Source of the DNA: Squalus acanthias
Taxonomy: Eukaryota
Assembly (NCBI GenBank): GCA_030390025.1
Contig: CM059432.1
Span: 29,452,001-29,516,000 of the forward strand
DNA: 64,000 bases
Direction: 5' to 3'
Shown: piece by piece, positions 1 through 10,367 of the stretch
Layout of the letters: every line of letters begins with the position of its first letter
Numbering within the stretch: position 1 is the stretch's first letter
Notes under the pieces: model-generated
What the model was told of the DNA's origin: nothing
The model's input: only the letters and a program-made list of their open reading frames with translations
The model's database searches: none
Made by a program: the position numbers and the translations under genes

Positions 1-2
1 AC

Positions 3-448
3 TAACTTGTATTTATATAGTGGCTTTCGCAAGCCTCAGGACGCCCCAAAGCACTTTGCAACCAATGAAGTACTTTTACAGAAGTGTAGTCCCTGTTGTA
101 ATATAGAAAATGCAGCAGTGAATTTGCCCAGAGCAAGGTCCCACAAACAACAATGAGATAAATGATCAGATAATCTGTTTTAGTGGTGTTGGCTAAGGGA
201 TAAATATTGGCCAGGGCACTGGGGAGAATTCCCTTGCTCGTCGTCAAAATAATGCAATGGGATCATTTAAGTCCACCTGAGAGGGCAGATGGGGCCTCGG
301 TTTAGTGACTCATTTGAAAGATAGCACCTCCAATGGTGTAGCACTCCCTCAGTACTGCACTGGAGTGTAAGCCTAGATCTAATGCTCTGGAGTGGGATTT
401 GAACCCACAACCTTCTGCCTCAGAGGCGAAAGTGCTGCCACTGAACCA
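3..448 (-). mobile_element. tRNA-derived SINE, SacSINE1/DeuSINE-like, near full length
   Basis: The minus strand starts TGGTTCAGTGG (A box) and GGTTCAAATCC (B box). Central body CAGTGCAGTACTGAGGGAGTGCT; tail ...CTATATAAATACAAGTT. Body and tail match the copies at 6210, 9353 and 29425. Family name is from recall. Confidence 0.85.
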
Positions 449-616
449 GAAGCACTTCCGGACGCCATTGGAGGGCTTAATGAAACTCTCAGGACTGTTA
501 TAGTAAATCTGTCCTGGGACATCACATCCTACCACAGCAGGAATTTAGAAACACATCGAGGGCCATCCTGACAGGAATTCACACTGGCTCCCGAGTTTAC
601 CTTGCTGAAACAACAA

Positions 617-935
617 GGGCAACACAGTGGCATAGTGGTTAGCACTGTTGCCTCACAGCGCCAGGGACCCGGGTTCGAATCCGGCCTCAGGTGACTGTCT
701 GCGTGGAGTTTGCACATTCTCCCCGTGTCTGCGTGGGTTTCCTCCGGGTGCTCCGGTTTCCTCCCACAGTCCAAAGATGTGCAGGGTTAGGTTGATTTGG
801 CTATGATAAATTGACCCTTAGTGATAGGGGGATTTAATACGTGGGGTTACAGGGATAGGGTGGGATATGTGTCGGTGCAGGCTCGATGGGCCGAAATGGC
901 CTCTATCTGCACTGTGGGGATTCTGTGATTCTGTG
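617..935 (+). mobile_element. HE1-type V-SINE
   Basis: tRNA head (TGGCATAGTGG ... GGTTCGAATCC), V-domain TGGAGTTTGCACATTCTCCCCGTGTCTGCGTGGGTTTCCTCCGGGTGCTCCGGTTTCCTCCCAC, CR1-like 3' end (TCGATGGGCCGAAATGGCCTCT) and (GATTCTGT)n tail. Confidence 0.9.
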
Positions 936-1279
936 AAACCAGTGGCCTTAATCCAATGACACACTCATCAGTTTTCTGAACCTTGGCTTATTTACACTTC
1001 GGAGCGCAACTGATGGCAGGAGATCTGCAGACCTGCCACCAATTACACTCCAATAGTGTAAAAATGCACCTTTATGCGTGCCACTCATTTGCCTCTTTCA
1101 AGGTTGAAAAACTCAAGTACCTGTCTTGAAATCCATGTCCCTCAGATGAAAGGATACCATCTGGCCCACTGCATCATCCAATCCCTCTGTACTGTTGATT
1201 TTTGAACCTTTTTATTTCAAGCGGCACTGTCTTCCTAAAATTTGTTGTTTCTTTTGGGAAATAAAAAGAGATGAACACT

Positions 1280-1545
1280 AAAATTAGCCTCAGCATCCCT
1301 GTGCAGGGGCAGGGGAGAAATCAGGTGGGTCCAGCCAGTGAGTGTGCACGTGTGCATGGGCAGATGAGGACAGGAACGTGCTCAGTTATAATTCTCTCCA
1401 CAGTCAAATAGCCTGCCAACGCTCATTGTTGGACTCCCGCATGAAGAATAGGCAGTTGGTGGAAGTATCGGAGGGGCCCGTGGAACTGTACCCGAGCACG
1501 GATAAGTGACACCTTTAGGGGAGGAAGGGAGAAACTTGAGAAAAA
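1280..1545 (+). mobile_element. old degenerate interspersed repeat (probable SINE), family unassigned
   Basis: Shares GCCTGCCAAC and CATGAAGAAT(A)GGC motifs with the reverse complement of 4990-5325. Confidence 0.4.
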
Positions 1546-1749
1546 AAATTAACACATTGAACCTAAAACTTGCTGAATTGTAGTATGTTCAAGATCTTGG
1601 CTTCTCCTCTGATGTAATCCAATTAATGAGACCACAGCAATGACCTCACCCTTCCAAAATATTTTTGGATAATTTTCATCAATATTAAGGACGTTGATAA
1701 TAAGATGCCCTGCATCAGTACTGCTGGGTCAAGATGAGGCTACAGTGTG

Positions 1750-1860
1750 TTTTGTGGTAGGTGTGACCTATACAAAAGGGACGGTCTACACCTGTGCAAA
1801 GATGGAACTGATGTTCTCGGGGTAATTTTTGATAAAGCAGTTCGGGAGCATTTAAACTAG
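1750..1860 (+). pseudogene. C-terminal fragment of CR1 ORF1 (SGNH esterase-like domain)
   Basis: Translates FCGRCDLYKRDGLHLCKDGTDVLGVIFDKAVREHLN*. DGLH is the SGNH DxxH motif typical of vertebrate CR1 ORF1p. Stop TAG at 1858-1860. Confidence 0.85.
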
Positions 1861-1934
1861 TATGGCAGGGGGCTAGAAACCTATGTAGTGAAATAGAGGA
1901 AAGTGAAAGGCAGACAGAAATAAATGGTAAAAGG

Positions 1935-4802
1935 GTGAGGAACAAAAAACAAAGGGCCAAACTAATTCATAAAAAATGTGAGCATAAAAAAAGCCTGAGG
2001 GTTTTATACCTTAATGCGAGAAGCATCAGGAACAAGGTAGATGAATTAGCTGTGGAAATAGAGGTTAATAATTATGATCTAATTGGGATAACGGAAACAT
2101 GGTTGCAGGGTGAGCAGGGCTGGGAGCTTAACATACAGGGGTATTCAGTATTTAGGAAGGATCGACAAAAAAGAAAGGGAGGAGGGGTAGCATTGCTGGT
2201 AAAAGAAGGAATAAATGCAATTGAAAGGAAGGATATTAACTCAGTTAATACAGAATCTATATGGGTGGAGCTAAGAAATAGCGAGGGGCGAAAAACATTA
2301 ATAGGAGTGGTATATAGGCCTCCAAATAGTAAAATAGAGGTTGGGGAGGGCATCACGAGGGAAATTAGAGAAGCGTGCAATAAGAGCACAGCTGTCATCA
2401 TAGGTGACTTTAACTTACATATAGATTGGAATAGCCTAATCAGTAAAAATAATGAGGAGGAGGAATTCCTTGAGTGTTTAAGGGATGGTTATCTGGATCA
2501 ATATGTCGAGGAACCAACTCGGGAACAGGCTATATTGGACTGGGTACTGTGCAATGAGAAGGGACTAATTAGTAATCTTGTTGTACGGGGACCCTTGGGT
2601 CAGAGCGATCATAACATGATCGATTTCTCACTCGAAATGGAGAGCGAAGAAATTGACTCAGATACTAAGGTCCTGAATTTAAACAAGGGGAATTATGATG
2701 CCATTAGACGGGAACTGAGTAGGTCTGATTGGACAACGTTCCTGGGAGGACTGGAGGTAAATAAACAATGGCAAGCATTTAAAGATAGAATGACAAAATT
2801 GAAAAAATTGTTTATACCAATCTGGCATAAAAGGAAATCTAAAAAGGTGACTCAACCGTGGATAACAGGGGAAATTAGAGACAGCATAAAATCCAAAGAT
2901 AGGGCGTATAAAATAGCCAAAAAAAGCGCCAGAGCGGAAGATTGGGAACAGTTTAAGATAGAGCAAAGGAGGACAAAGGGCTTAATCAAGAGGGGCAAAA
3001 TAGCTTACGAAAGCAAGCTGGCGGAAAATATAAAAACTAACTCCAAAAGCTTTTATAAGTATATCAAGAGGAAAAGACTGGTGAAAACCAAAGTTGGCCC
3101 ATTGCAGTCAGATACGGGGGAATATATAACGGGAAATAAGGAAATGGCAGACCAACTAAATGCATACTTTGGGTCAGTCTTTACGAAGGAAGACACAAAA
3201 AACCTCCCTGGGATATCGGGAAAAATAGGGACATTTGCAAAGGAGGAACTGACGCAAATCAATATCTCTAAGGATATGGTGTTAAGGAAGCTAAAGGGAT
3301 TGAAGGCGGACAAATCCCCAGGGCCTGATAACATGCATCCTAGGGTGCTGAAGGAGGTGGCCCTAGAGATAGCGGATGCACTAAGTATGATTTTTCAGAA
3401 TTCATTAGAATCGGGAACAGTGCCCATGGATTGGAGGGTAGCTAACGTTACCCCACTATTCAAAAAGGGGGGTAGGGAAAAAGCAGGTAATTACAGACCT
3501 GTAAGCCTTACATCAGTTGTGGGCAAAATGCTGGAGTCCATCATTAAGGATGAAATAGCGGAGCACTTAGCAAATGGGGACAGGATAGGACAGAGTCAAC
3601 ATGGATTTACAAAGGGTAAATCGTGCTTGACTAATCTATTGGAATTTTTTGAGGGAGTAACTGGTAAAATAGATGGGGGAGAGCCAGTAGATGTGGTGTA
3701 CCTGGACTTCCAAAAGGCCTTCGATAAGGTCCCACATAAAAGATTAGCAGGGAAAATTGAAGCTCATGGGATAAAGGGGAAAGTATTGACGTGGATAGAG
3801 AACTGGCTGTCAGCTAGAAAACAGAGAGTTGGAATAAACGGCTCATTTTCTGAATGGCAGGCAGTAACAAGTGGGGTACCACAGGGATCTGTCCTGGGTC
3901 CCCAGCTGTTCACAATTTACATTAATGACCTGGATCAGGGAGTCGGATGCAGCATTTCCAAATTTGCAGACGACACTAAACTAGGAGGGGGGGTGGGCTC
4001 AGAGGAGGAGACCAGGAAGCTCCAGAGCGATTTGGACAGACTGGGTGATTGGGCGGATAAATGGCAGATGCACTATAATGTGGACAAGTGCGAAGTTATC
4101 CACCTTGGGTGCAGGAACGGGAGGGCAAATTATTATTTAAATGGCAATAAATTGGGAGAGGGGGAAGTACAGAGAGACCTGGGTGTTCTTGTACACCAGT
4201 CACTGAAGGCGAGCATGCAGGTGCAACAGGCGGTCAAGAAGGCAAACGGTATGCTGGCCTTCATAGCAAAAGGGTTGGAATACAGGAACAGGGATACCTT
4301 GCTGCAGCTGTACAGGGCACTGGTGAGACCACACCTCGAGTACTGTGTACAGTTTTGGTCGCCTCATCTGAGGAAAGATGTTCTTGCCATGGAGGGGGTG
4401 CAGCGGCGATTCACCAGGCTGATACCAGGAATGGCGGGATTGACCTATGAGGAGAGACTATGTAGTTTAGGGATGTACACACTGGAGTTTAGAAGATTGA
4501 GAGGGGACCTCATAGAAGTGTATAAAATTCTGACAGGTCTAGACAGACTAGATGCAGAAGGAATGTTTCCCTTGGCGGGTGAGAACAGAACTAGAGGACA
4601 TAATTTAAGGATAAGGGCTAAACCATTTAGGACAGAAATGAGGGGGAATTTCTTCACTCAGAGGATGGTGAACCTGTGGAACTCATTGCCACAGAGGGCA
4701 GTGTACGCCAGCTCATTAAATATATTTAAGAGGGAATTAGATATATTTCTACAGGCAAAAGGGGTTAAGGGTTACGGAGAGAAGGCGGGGACGGGATACT
4801 GA
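1935..4802 (+). CDS. CR1 ORF2: AP endonuclease + reverse transcriptase (frame open from 1836; the track start is a GTG)
   Basis: Uninterrupted 955 aa. APE motifs YLNARS, ITETW, VYRPP, GDFN, SDH. RT motifs KSPGPD, YRPVSLTS, QHGF, YLDFQKAFD, GVPQGSVLGP, FADD. CR1 C-terminal domain RPHLEYCVQFWSP...TRGH...WNSLP. Confidence 0.95.
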   Translation: MRNKKQRAKLIHKKCEHKKSLRVLYLNARSIRNKVDELAVEIEVNNYDLIGITETWLQGEQGWELNIQGYSVFRKDRQKRKGGGVALLVKEGINAIERKDINSVNTESIWVELRNSEGRKTLIGVVYRPPNSKIEVGEGITREIREACNKSTAVIIGDFNLHIDWNSLISKNNEEEEFLECLRDGYLDQYVEEPTREQAILDWVLCNEKGLISNLVVRGPLGQSDHNMIDFSLEMESEEIDSDTKVLNLNKGNYDAIRRELSRSDWTTFLGGLEVNKQWQAFKDRMTKLKKLFIPIWHKRKSKKVTQPWITGEIRDSIKSKDRAYKIAKKSARAEDWEQFKIEQRRTKGLIKRGKIAYESKLAENIKTNSKSFYKYIKRKRLVKTKVGPLQSDTGEYITGNKEMADQLNAYFGSVFTKEDTKNLPGISGKIGTFAKEELTQINISKDMVLRKLKGLKADKSPGPDNMHPRVLKEVALEIADALSMIFQNSLESGTVPMDWRVANVTPLFKKGGREKAGNYRPVSLTSVVGKMLESIIKDEIAEHLANGDRIGQSQHGFTKGKSCLTNLLEFFEGVTGKIDGGEPVDVVYLDFQKAFDKVPHKRLAGKIEAHGIKGKVLTWIENWLSARKQRVGINGSFSEWQAVTSGVPQGSVLGPQLFTIYINDLDQGVGCSISKFADDTKLGGGVGSEEETRKLQSDLDRLGDWADKWQMHYNVDKCEVIHLGCRNGRANYYLNGNKLGEGEVQRDLGVLVHQSLKASMQVQQAVKKANGMLAFIAKGLEYRNRDTLLQLYRALVRPHLEYCVQFWSPHLRKDVLAMEGVQRRFTRLIPGMAGLTYEERLCSLGMYTLEFRRLRGDLIEVYKILTGLDRLDAEGMFPLAGENRTRGHNLRIRAKPFRTEMRGNFFTQRMVNLWNSLPQRAVYASSLNIFKRELDIFLQAKGVKGYGEKAGTGY

Positions 4803-4989
4803 ATTGGAGGATCAGCCATGATCTCATTAAATGGCGGAGCAGGCGCGAAGGGCCGGATGGCCTACTCCTGCTCCTATCTTCTATGTATCTATGTATCTAT
4901 ATAAGACTAGTGATGCTTAACATTTTTCGGCTGAGCATTTAACTGCTGCAGTATACTGCACAGAGTAACGTTGATGCTCTGAAGTTCTC

Positions 4990-5325
4990 TCGCTGACCCT
5001 TGCTAGGTAGAGTTTCATGAAGCCTCTAGTCCTCCAGCGCCATGTCTAAGTGGCCATTCTTCATGTGTGAATCTTGACAGTTGGCAGGCCAGTCCTCATC
5101 CAACGTCCTTGCTTTCCCGCAATGCGCTGGACGGCGAACAAGAGTGGGAACCACAGGTGATTTTTCCGCTTCCTGGTCCCTGGTCCAGGGTCATTCAAGC
5201 CATTTGTAGCAACCCCACCATGACCTGAGCCAAAGTCTGCTAACACAGCACAGACCAAGCAACAAACCTGTGACTTCCTGATCAGTATAGCTTCAAATCA
5301 AGTGCGTTTACCCATTAGGAGACTG
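4990..5325 (-). mobile_element. old degenerate interspersed repeat (probable SINE), same family as 1280-1545
   Basis: The minus strand carries GCCTGCCAAC and CACATGAAGAATGGCCACTT, shared with 1280-1545. Confidence 0.4.
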
Positions 5326-5375
5326 GAGTGGGAACAGGAGCTAGATAAAGAATTTTGATATAGCCCACCATCTGG

Positions 5376-5635
5376 GTTATATTGGATGCCAGGTTAAATG
5401 GGGTGCCAGCTGCATTGGGTACCAGGTTATATTGGATACCAGGTTATGTTGGGTACAGTTTATATTACCAGTTATATTATAGTACCCAATATAATCAGTA
5501 GCTAATATAACATGATACCCAACATAACCCAGTATGCAATATAACCAGTACTCAATATAGCCTGATACCCAATATAATCTGGTATCTAAAATAACGCCTT
5601 CTCTAGCATAACCCTTTACCCGATACAACCCAGTA
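5376..5635. repeat. degenerate ~18-20-bp minisatellite (core TACCCAATATAACC); orientation switches near 5475
   Basis: 5376-5475 repeats GGTTATATTGGATACCA; 5480-5635 repeats TACCCAATATAA. Confidence 0.75.
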
Positions 5636-6186
5636 CACTCCCCACCGCTTGCGGTGGGCTCATTGGTGATAACGTGATTTGCCCGCTATATGCGGTGGAC
5701 GGCAAAACTATAATAGATTGGTTGAACATATTACCAAGTACAGTCCCCAATCCTTTTTGAAGCCTCCTCACCACTGTGTACATATATGTCACTGTTTGAG
5801 GACTTTGCCACTTAGACTTCATCAGAGTTCCGCTGGTTGGAGCATTTGTAAGTCACTGAGTTGCAGTGGCTACGCAACAGCCAATGGCAATAAAGAAAGC
5901 ATTGAGCGACTTTAGTGCCCAATAAACCGAAGTCCAATTACCAAGAGAAAGGGCCGATTTCACAAGCAAACCCTTTCCCCAAGCTGACCTCCCACCTCCA
6001 AGATTTCGAAACAACAGTGTGTAAATCGGTAAATATAGGGGATTAATGAGGTGCGAAGAACTTATTGAATGTACATATTTTATAAGCAGAGCCTTTGTAA
6101 TTGACTCCTGTGGTAATGGCTAGCCCCAATTGCCGATATAGGTGGCTGCACGTGATAAGCGGGGACGAGATAAGTGGTGAGGACTG
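5636..6186. mobile_element. non-autonomous Tc1/mariner-pogo (Tigger-like) DNA transposon / MITE, 551 bp
   Basis: Left end CACTCCCCACCGCTT vs right end reverse complement CAGTCCTCACCACTT (12/15). TA on both sides (5634-35, 6187-88). Removing it restores a minisatellite unit. Confidence 0.6.
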
Positions 6187-6209
6187 TACCCAGAAAACCC
6201 ATTCTAAAT

Positions 6210-6595
6210 CATAATCTAAACTGACACTTCAGTGCAGTACTGAGGGAATGCTGCACTGTTGGAGGTGCCGTCTTTCGAATGAAATGTGAAACCGATGCCC
6301 TGTCTGCCCTCGCAGCTGGACGTAAAAGATCCCATGGCACTATGTCAAAGAAGAGATGGGGAATATTCCCGGTGTCCTGGCCAACATTTATCCCTCAACC
6401 AACATCGCTAAAACAGATAATCTGGTCATTTATTTAATTGCTGTTTGTGGGAATTTGCTGTGCACAAATTGGCTGCCGCGTTTCCAATATTACAAAAGTG
6501 CCTACGTTTCAAAAGTACCTCATTGATTGTGAAGTGCTTTGGAAGGTCTTGAGGTTGTGAAAGGCACTATATAAATACAAATTCTTTCTTTTTTT
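6210..6595 (+). mobile_element. SacSINE1/DeuSINE-like SINE, 5'-truncated
   Basis: Body CAGTGCAGTACTGAGGGAATGCTGCACTG...; tail AAGGCACTATATAAATACAAATTCTTTC; no tRNA head. Confidence 0.85.
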
Positions 6596-6840
6596 ATCCA
6601 AATAAGCCAATACCCAATATAACCTGGTATCCAATATAACTTGGTATCCAATATAATCTGGTATCCAATGTAATCTGGTACCTAATATAACCCTGTACTC
6701 AATATAACCCAGTACCCAACATAACCTCGTTCCCAATATAACCTGTACCCAATATATTTCATACCCAATATAACCTGAAACAACCTGGTGCAAAATATGT
6801 CAGTACCCAATATAACAATGCCCAGTATAAAGTGACAACC
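6596..6840 (+). repeat. continuation of the TACCCAATATAACC minisatellite
   Basis: Repeated (TGG)TA(C/T)CCAATATAACC units. Confidence 0.8.
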
Positions 6841-7097
6841 TGTGAAATCTGTAACCTATTTCACAATTTGTGACATCTTATGTGAAACATTTAATTAACT
6901 AGATAATGTAATATGATAGTTCTCAATGTTAAAAAAACTAAAATATCTCAGCCTCGATGTAATTTAAATGGAATGGCTGTTAGTGAATTATGAAAACCAG
7001 GTTGAAGTGGGTTAAAAAATAGAATAAAATTTGAATAAATAAGAGATAAAATGATAAGGCGCTGTAGAAATGCAAGCCTTGTCTTAAAAAAGAAAAG

Positions 7098-7240
7098 TAC
7101 TGGAAATCTGAAATTAAAAGAGAAAATGCTGCAAATACACAATGGGGCCTGCCTAACGAAGGCTCCCTATTGAAAAGTTTAGCCTGTTTTACTTCTTTCA
7201 GATGCTGATAGACCTGCCTCACTATTCCAGAATGTTCTGC
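7098..7240. mobile_element. highly degenerate copy of the palindromic Penelope-type mini-element seen at 30585-30828
   Basis: CTGGAAATCTGAAAT is the reverse complement of that element's tail. CAGATGCTG..AGACCTGC...TATTCCAGAAT matches its arm. Decayed core CTAACGA...GAAA. Confidence 0.55.
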
Positions 7241-8766
7241 CTAAAGAAGCATTTTTTTTTAGCTGGGAGTAAAGCCGGTTAAGTGGCTGCTGACACAGTG
7301 TGCTCGAGATGGGAAAACAGTTTCATTCCTCAGCACTAATACCCCTCTCCTCAACGAACACCAAAATTTCACCCAAAAAATAAAATCGTCTGAGTTTCTG
7401 ATCTTCTCCAACACGGTCAACTGATGGCCGCTGGGATATCAGTGATATTATAATTATTGCTTTTAGAGAAAAAAAATGTAATTATATAGATCCTATTAAG
7501 AACGATATCTAGCTTTCTTTTTCCTTCATGCCTTCCCAACATGTGCTCTATGTGCTGATCAGGTAGTTTGTATTTAGATATTACCCAGATTAAAGAGCAA
7601 GATATCAGGGAATTACTTTAAGTGCAAAAACATGAGCTATAATTTCTCTTTCGGATCTGGTAGCTACTGAGAGATGCAGCTACATGGATTGAAGGGTAAT
7701 AGTGTTGCTTACATCCTGTTACGGTTTATTAAGGATTTGACGCAGGCTGGTTGCTGCTGATGAAGCTACTGAACTCTCCTCACCATCTTTATGGGATGTG
7801 CAAGGAGCACATTAACCTCAAGAGCTGGCGCGATAATGTAAAGCTGGTTAAGTGGTTGAATTTTATCCATCTCTCGCCCACCCTCTTCCCCAACGTGAAC
7901 ATACACATATATCTCCGAAAGAAAGTTAATGACTTCACTGGCGCCAATCCCTTCAATACTTTTAAATATATACCTCAAGGCCTTCTTCTTCTTAGCAAAT
8001 TGGACTGTAACGAATCCTATTGAGTCACAGTGCCGCTATTCGAAGCAGATGGGTATGAGGAAGGCGACAAGGCCCAGTAAATGGGTTAGTTGGTTTGCAA
8101 CCATATAGATTGTTAACAAGGAAAGGAGGGGATCTATTCCTGTCAGTTTGAAGAGTTTGAGCACTTTTCCTTTTCACCTCTAGGATCCCAATTCCAAATG
8201 ACTGAGATTGGGTCCAGAAGAGAAGATTACCATCTTAGTTGGAAAAATGTCTCTAATTGACAGGTTTTGCTTGAGGGCCTCAGGCAGGTAGATCGGACCA
8301 CTGTTAGACTGAGGATTCTGAAGTAATACCATTCAGAAATTCACGTCCAAATTTCAAGATGATTCAAATACGGTACACAGGGAGTGAAAATCGAGATAAA
8401 GGTAATACATTAACGATGCCCTGATGAGCTGTCTTTAGCCAGTTTTGTAAACGGGTTGCAATATACCTATTATCTATATACCTATCTGTGTTTATAAAAC
8501 CATTGCATGCCACACTTCAGATGTTACACTTTGTTGAGAATGCAGAACAATCATTAAAAAAAAGACAAACGCCTGAAATTTTCAAGGGGTTCTCCCAATC
8601 TTCCGCTGTTTTTAATGTTTCTAAGGGGTCGACGCTGATTTTCTGCCAAAGTTACAGGGGGAGACCTGGAGAACCCCCACACAAATTCTGTCCCAAAGTT
8701 AATCAACACCAGGCGCTTCTGCCCTGGAGTCTAAAGCTGACAAAATTTACAGGGGAGATTTTAACC

Positions 8767-8900
8767 TTGATTGCAAAGGCCCTCCCAAAACTCCTTTGTT
8801 CTCCTCAGGAGTTTGCCAAACAATTACAATTACCTATTTCCTGCTTAAAGGGACAGAACAGGCTAAACACAGCCAGATCTTGACCGCTAACCATTAAAAA
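8767..8900 (+). repeat. ~135-bp direct repeat, copy 1 (copy 2 is split: 9306-9352 + 10371-10463)
   Basis: TTGATTGCAAAGGCC...CTCCTCAGGAGTT recurs at 9306; ACAATTACCTATTTCCTGCTTAAAGGGACAG..CAGGCTAAACACAG recurs at about 10390. Confidence 0.8.
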
Positions 8901-9352
8901 AAAAGCTGGAAGAAACTGTGGAGCAGTCGGTTAACATTGCTTGGGAGACTTATCTGGCGATGTCCTGCTCCCTTCCCGCGGTCGTCTATTTCAATCTGTT
9001 TTTCCGAGCAGGCGTCAAGGACATGCGCCGGAAAATGGTGGAGTCCTGCTTTAAAAATGCAGATTGGTCTCCGATTACATCATCAGGACCCAACTGGCAT
9101 TTTAACCAGTGGTCTGAGCGGGGAAGCTATTTTGGATTTTCGGAGAGCTGAAGTTAGCGAGAAGGGAGTGGTCCAGAAGATGCCAAAAATAGTAGGTTTA
9201 ACTTTTTTAAAAAAATCCTTTTGGGGCCTGAAGCAGCCGGAGAGCTTCTCCTGGCCCCACAAGGAAAGTTTTGGTCTCCCCTGCACTGGGCTCCCATCCC
9301 CCTCCTTGATTGCAAAGGCCTCCCCAAAACTCCCCAGTTCTCCTCAGGAGTT

Positions 9353-10367
9353 GTCAGTCGTGGCTCAGTGGGTAGCACTCTCACCGTGAGTCAGAAAGTT
9401 GTGGGTACAAGTCCCACTCCAGAGACTTCAGCACAAAAATCTAGGCTGGCACTCCGGGAGTACTGAGTACTGAGGGAGTGCTGCATTGTCGGAGGTGCCG
9501 TCTTTCAGATGGGACGTTAAACCGAGGCCCCCTCTGCTCTCTCAGATGGATGTAAAATATCCCTGGGCACTATTTGGAAGAAGAGCAGGGGAATTATCCC
9601 TGGTGTCCTGGCCAATATCTATCCGTCAATCAACATCACACCTGGAGATTTATGTACAGTTTTGGACTCTTTATCTAAGAGGGAGTGCAACAAAGGTTCA
9701 CCAGACTGGTTCCTGAGATGGGGGAATTGTCCTATGAGAAGAGATTGAGTAGACTAGGCCTATATTCTCTGGAGTTTAGAAGAATGAGAGGTGATCTCAT
9801 TGAAACATACAAAACTCTTACAGGGCTTGACAGGGTAGATGCAGGGAGGATGTTTCCCCTGGCTGGGGAGTCTAGAACCAGGGATCACAGTCTCAGAATA
9901 AGGGGTCGGCCATTTAGGACTGAGATGAGGAGAAATTTCTATACACAGAGGGTGGTGAATCTTTGGAATTCTCTACCCCAGAGAGCTGTGGAGGCTCAGT
10001 CGTTGAGTATATTCAAGACAGAGATCGACAGATTTTTATATATTAAGGGAATCAAGGGATATGGGGATAGTGCAGGAAAGTGGAGATGAGGTAGAAGATC
10101 AGCCATGATCTTATTGAATGGCGTAGCAGGCTCAAAGGGCCAAATGGCCTACTGCTGCTCTTATTTCTTATGTTCTTTTGTTCTTAAAACAGATTATTTG
10201 GTCATTATCACAGTGCTGTTTGTGGGAGCTTGCTGTGCACAAATTGGCTGCCACATTTCCTACATTACAACAGTGACTACGCTTCAAAAAGTCCTTCATT
10301 GGCTGTAAAGCACTTTGGGACATCCTGAGGTTGTGAAAGGCGCTATATAAATGCAAGTCTTTCTTTC
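9353..10367 (+). mobile_element. full-length SacSINE1/DeuSINE-like SINE interrupted by a CR1 fragment
   Basis: Head GTGGCTCAGTGGGTAGCACTCTC and body up to ...CAACATCAC (9639). Resumes TAAAACAGATTAT at about 10185 and ends AAGGCGCTATATAAATGCAAGTCTTTCTTTC. Confidence 0.9.
9640..10185 (+). mobile_element. CR1 3' fragment (ORF2 C-terminus + 3' UTR)
   Basis: VQQRFTRLVP...LYSLEFRRMRGDLIE...WNSLPQRAVEA, homologous to the ORF2 end at 4400-4802. CR1 3' UTR and (TTCTTATG)n-type tail. Confidence 0.92.

Larger units (their letters stand above)
1750..4900 (+). mobile_element. CR1 (HER1-like) LINE, 5'-truncated inside ORF1, with complete ORF2 and 3' UTR
   Basis: ORF1 C-terminal remnant, overlapping APE-RT ORF2, 3' UTR stem GGAGCAGG...CCTGCTCC and terminal (TCTATGTA)n repeats. 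Confidence 0.95.

Noticed and set aside
617..690. tRNA gene
   Set aside because: The A/B boxes belong to a SINE head that continues into the V-domain. The same applies at 385-448 and 9353-9425.
2072..4657. Short antisense ORFs within CR1 ORF2
   Set aside because: Shadow frames of the real ORF.
5735..5870. Minus-strand AG...GT bounded segment (HCNSVTYKCSNQRNSDEV*) as an exon
   Set aside because: Stops occur in all frames, the peptide is unrecognised, and it lies inside the putative MITE.
7751..8023. 90-aa plus-strand and 70-aa minus-strand ORFs in unique DNA
   Set aside because: No recognisable motif or convincing splice sites; needs a database search.
8570..8700. Imperfect palindrome (GGGGTTCTCC...GGAGAACCCC), related motif at 29260-29312
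   Set aside because: Probably old MITE-like remnants, but the ends and TSD cannot be defined.
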